Source: Octopus sinensis
Taxonomy: Eukaryota
Length of the DNA stretch: 64,000 bases
Assembly: GCF_006345805.1 (NCBI RefSeq)
Contig: NC_043010.1
Span: forward strand, 34,534,001-34,598,000
Direction: 5' to 3'
Of this stretch, positions 62,823 to 64,000 are shown in pieces. Position 1 is the first letter of the stretch; the number at the start of each line of letters is the position of its first letter. Position numbers and translations under genes: made by a program. The notes below the pieces were generated by a model that did not search any database, was not told the origin of the DNA, and saw nothing but the letters and a program-made list of their open reading frames with translations.

Positions 62823-63113
62823 ATGAGTGTGTGTATGTATGTATTGTATTGTATGTATGTATATGCATGAAGGTATGTATATATGTGTATGTAAAAAAAA
62901 CATTAAATCAGGAAATAAGATTTTATCTCCATGCTACCAACAATGGACATACAATATCATTGAAATTCCATCACTAATTCATTCAGAAAATGAGGCTAAT
63001 AAGGTCTCGAAATGTTAATGAACTTTGGTATTTAGATGTCTCAATCTAAACACAAAGGCCCAATGAGGAAACATATGAAAAATATTAATTAAAAAGATTT
63101 TTCAAATACAACA

Positions 63114-64000
63114 GGCATTGCTGTGTGGTAAAAAGCTTGCTTCACAACCACATGGTTCTAGGTTCAGTTTCACTGTGTGGAACTTTGGGCAAGTGTCTTC
63201 TGCTATAACCTCAGGCCAACCAAAGCCTTGTGAGTGGATTTGGTAGATCAAAACTGAAATAAACCCATTGTATATGTATATAGTGTTCCATTCCAGTTTC
63301 CTATTCAATTTATATTTATTTAGATTTAGATTTATTTAAATATAAATAAGTAGGTGCAAACACATGAACAAAATAAAAATAAAAATAAACAAAAACAAAA
63401 ACAAATTACACATATATAAACAGGAGATACAAATATTACAGGCACTTCCCCCCACACACACACTAAACATAGACACACATAGGGGTATACGCATGCGCAA
63501 ATGAAGACACATACAATAGGAATACAAAATACAAAATTGCTGACCGTTAGTAAGGAGAGACACACAAATAAGAAAGAAGAAAGCAAAGGACCACTGATGA
63601 GGTCACAGAAGTGTGATGAAAGAACTCTGGCCAAAATAAGATTAAGATTAATGTAAAAAATAAATAACGCTGAAGCAAAGTAACATCAAATATATAGTGC
63701 TTGTGTTTTTATTGGCTAAACTGGCAAAATGACCATTCCTAAATACAACAATAAATCTCTTATTCTTATTATTATTCTTATACCAGGAGTGGCTGTGTGG
63801 TAAGCAGCTTGCTTACCAACCACATGCTATAGTACTGTATACATAAATGATGGGCTTTTTCAGCTTCTGTCTACCAAATCCACACACAAGGCTTTGGTTA
63901 GCCCAGGGCTATTGTAGAAGACACTTGCCCAAGTTGACATGCAGTAGAATTGAACCTGGAACTATGTGGTTGGGAAACAAACTTCTTATCACAGCAACAT
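63114..64000. mobile_element. Three partial SINE A copies: 63114-63281 (+), 63785-63823 (+), 63845-64000 (-)
   Basis: Family A head and body fragments. Confidence 0.8.

Overview
AT-rich, repeat-saturated eukaryotic DNA. Long (TA)n/(CA)n/(GA)n and trinucleotide microsatellites alternate with dozens of tRNA-headed SINE copies. The repeat families look like those of an octopod cephalopod (Octopus); this is recognition from memory, not a search result. I find no intact protein-coding gene, rRNA, tRNA gene or CRISPR array, and nearly all ORFs in the track are microsatellite or SINE artefacts. Supportable coding remnants are all transposon-derived: a CR1-type RT (61.4-62.3 kb, with YADD), RTE 3' ends (34.8 and 36.2 kb), a CRE-like restriction-like-endonuclease fragment (24.3-24.8 kb), a deleted Tc1/mariner (49.8-50.8 kb) and decayed Helitron-like pieces (30.9 and 32.6 kb). 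Non-autonomous DNA elements include a head-to-tail Helitron dimer, hAT MITEs with 8-bp TSDs and a TTAA-type MITE. A few unique segments with canonical splice sites may be host exons, so the window is probably mostly intronic or intergenic; none can be named. The most notable signal is eight minimal type-I hammerhead-ribozyme-like motifs in three or four small repeat families. One family joins a tRNA-like head to a hammerhead-like tail and occurs as a ~460-bp palindrome at 29.2-29.7 kb, and the motif at 61184-61270 is nearly intact. Also notable are a perfect 23-bp hairpin (25.9 kb) and a 20-bp minisatellite carrying a perfect ERE and five TNAAGGTCA sites (27.1-27.5 kb). Family letters A-F are my working labels only.
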